A stretch of DNA of 64,000 nt from Adineta vaga (taxonomy: Eukaryota > Animalia > Rotifera). How positions within the stretch are numbered: the stretch's first letter is position 1; the number at the start of each line of letters is the position of its first letter. The position numbers and the translations under genes are program-made. The notes beneath the pieces were generated by a model, which had not been told where the DNA came from, made no database searches, and saw nothing but the letters and a program-made list of their open reading frames with translations. Below, piece by piece: positions 61,488 through 64,000 of the stretch. Location: positions 10,912,001 to 10,976,000 of the forward strand of contig CP075494.1 in assembly GCA_021613535.1 (NCBI GenBank), written 5' to 3'.

Positions 61488-64000
61488 TTCAGTGAATAAA
61501 TTATCTCTTTTTTTTTTGTCTTCATCGTAATTATTTATTCTCTTAAAGCAAGAAAATGAAGTAAAACTTTCATCAATACATTAATTTTTTTTCTTTTGCA
61601 TATCTAGTAACTCAATCTATTATTCACTGTATTTATCTCATTAGTGATATACATAAATCATCTCGTAGGGATGAAAAGTGGAATGAAAGATGCATACCGG
61701 AAATCTATATTCTCCTTCCGTTTCTTGTCAGAATTTGTTATTTATTGAATTGTTCAATATGACCTTCGTTTAAGTACGTGTCATTTATTTAATAATCATC
61801 TTCTGACATACTATGTAAGCAGTACATTCCAATCTTGTGACTTATTCATACGAGTTTAAAGGTACAAGTCGATATTTTTCTACGGTAATTCTCAATTGAT
61901 TATTAGAAAATATTTTATTGTTTAATTGCCTATATTCAATAATTTGAATGAAAGATGAAATAGATATATAATGCAGCCTGTAGACAAACGTACAATGAAC
62001 GACATTGTGAATGATATATATACACCCTGATTTTTAAGCATATAATGATAATAACTGCAAAATTACCTTAGTCAGTCTGTATCTTAATCTCTTCCTTCGT
62101 TTCAATCATTAACACTACGACGAAACGTGCTATACCTTGTTAACAAGGTCTATTCAATCATCCATCCCACGATTAATAGAGTAAATGACAACTGTCATCT
62201 TGCCTTGAAATAAATAAACCGTGCAATAATCAAGGTATAAAAGATAAGTACCTGAATCTTTTCCTTACTCGTTCTTTCTTCCTCTCTTTTCGATAACTTA
62301 TATTTATCAATTTTATAATCATTATTCATCTGATCCGTTAGTATATCATTGTTGATCATGTGTGATCCGTCATGCATATATCATTCATTAACATACATAT
62401 TCACACAAATCAAGGTGTATCTTAATTCACTCTTTCTTTCATCGTACGCATTTATGTTCATCTTATTGTATTCTTTTCATGTTACATACATAAACCGTAT
62501 ATGACTTGCGTTCGTTTTTCTTTTGTTACCTATCTATAAGCATTACGAACAATGATACGATCAAAATACATATCTACCTATGCGCATACAGGCGTACTAT
62601 TCAATGTTTTGTTACACAGAACATTTTGTATATAAATTATTGTTCAAGAAACATATGTCGATTTTGATTTCTTCTAATCTTCTTGTTCATCTGAAGGTAA
62701 AAGCTTAGTAGATACTTAACAAACGAAAAGATAAGACGTTTACTCTTGTTTTCTTTTCTTGTATGTAAGTTATTTTTCTATAAAATATAAAATATATATG
62801 AGAAAAGGATTAGAATAGTTTTATCCTATCATTCTCACTGATCAAAACAACATCCTTGAGAGATTGACAAGTTGTAACAATCTTGCCTGTATATGTTATC
62901 ATTTTTTTTCATCGAATGATAGAAAAGAAAGAGAAGTACAGCGTTTCTTGAGTTAAGTAAATGTATAGGATGATAGATGATATAAGATGTATATCTGATG
63001 TTAGCTAGTCTTCACTATAATATCCTTTCATTTCAATAATCATATGGATTCTTAGATAAAGAAGAAACATTTGACTATTTCTCTCATGTACAGTAATACT
63101 TATGATGACATGTTCTCGTTTCTCATATACTTTTCGTTGAAATTCAAGAGCGAATAGATACTGTTTGAATATCTCTAAGAATTAAATTTTGTAAAGAAGA
63201 AGACGATGATGATGACGAATGATGATAAGGTAATCGTTTTTCTTTTCCCATTTTGAAATCACAAGGTGAGTAGATTAATAAACTTGCTTTATATTTGTTA
63301 TCAATCAATCGTATAATATTCTCTTCGATACATCCTAATCCTATGATCAATCATAGAAAAGTAGAAATCATTTTTGATCTTGTTCAGAGTTCATTATCGT
63401 TTCTACATTCTTTTTCTCTTGTATAACTGTTATTCTCTCGAGAGATTAATGTACGATTTATTGCTATGAGATTTTTCTTCGGTATTTAGATGAGAAAATA
63501 TGCAAATGACATTTTCCCTCTCTCTTTACGATCAAGATTGAGATCTTCCACACGTTCATCATCTTTTCTTTCTTGTTTCTCATTAATACTCAAAAGAACG
63601 AAGAATGTCATTGATAATGATCAAATAAAATCTGATTCGAGTCTAAACAATATTTTGTTTGAGAAAAACAACCCAATGTCATTGTTTTTAACGAAAGCTT
63701 TTCTATAAATCACATGCGAACACTCGAGAAGAAAGAGAACGAGAGAAAAAAAAGAATATTTAAATGCATAGAGAATGACATAATCAGACAATCAAGATTA
63801 ATTAAATTACTATTTTTCTCATTGAACACCATCCAAAAGGTAATTGTTCTTTTGTAACGAGTACATCTTCTTCTACTTCTACTGACAGCGGTCAACTAGA
63901 ATGATGAAGAATAGAATTGAATTATTCATCATTTGAAGATCTCTTTTTTCTTTTTTACATGCTTATATTATATAGTGCCGTTCATCTGATTGGAAAATCA

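Noticed and set aside
61500-64000. Short ORFs and acceptor-like sites near the window end
   Set aside because: Every frame I tried closes quickly; no supportable gene model

Overview
AT-rich eukaryotic DNA with ~50-60 nt introns. It is most likely from a bdelloid rotifer, because it carries the leader GCTTATTACAACTTACCAAGAG|GT, which matches the bdelloid spliced-leader exon as I recall it. Bases ~850-22,700 form a small-RNA gene array lying between the 3' ends of PRKDC and FBXO8. The array holds 15 spliced-leader (SL) RNA genes in four sequence classes and 8 U2 snRNA genes in two classes, built from a repeated module: SL<- ->SL ->U2. The modules sit in a large inverted duplication, which also carries two divergent presenilin-like genes, and in a ~2.7 kb direct duplication. 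A full-length L1/Tx1-type non-LTR retrotransposon with two intact ORFs is inserted in sense orientation a few bases after the splice donor of one SL gene, and the empty site is visible in the opposite arm. The SL RNAs have no canonical Sm site but share a kink-turn (box C/D-like) motif. Bases 23-61.5 kb are compact ordinary genes: FBXO8, DNALI1, two GPCRs, a Ly6-type gene, a GH65 hydrolase, sphingosine kinase, macroH2A, an MBT protein, TatD, ABCG and a RING protein. Two bacterial-type genes also lie there, one nested in an intron. All calls come from reading the sequence and from recalled family motifs; no searches were run, so novelty is unverified.
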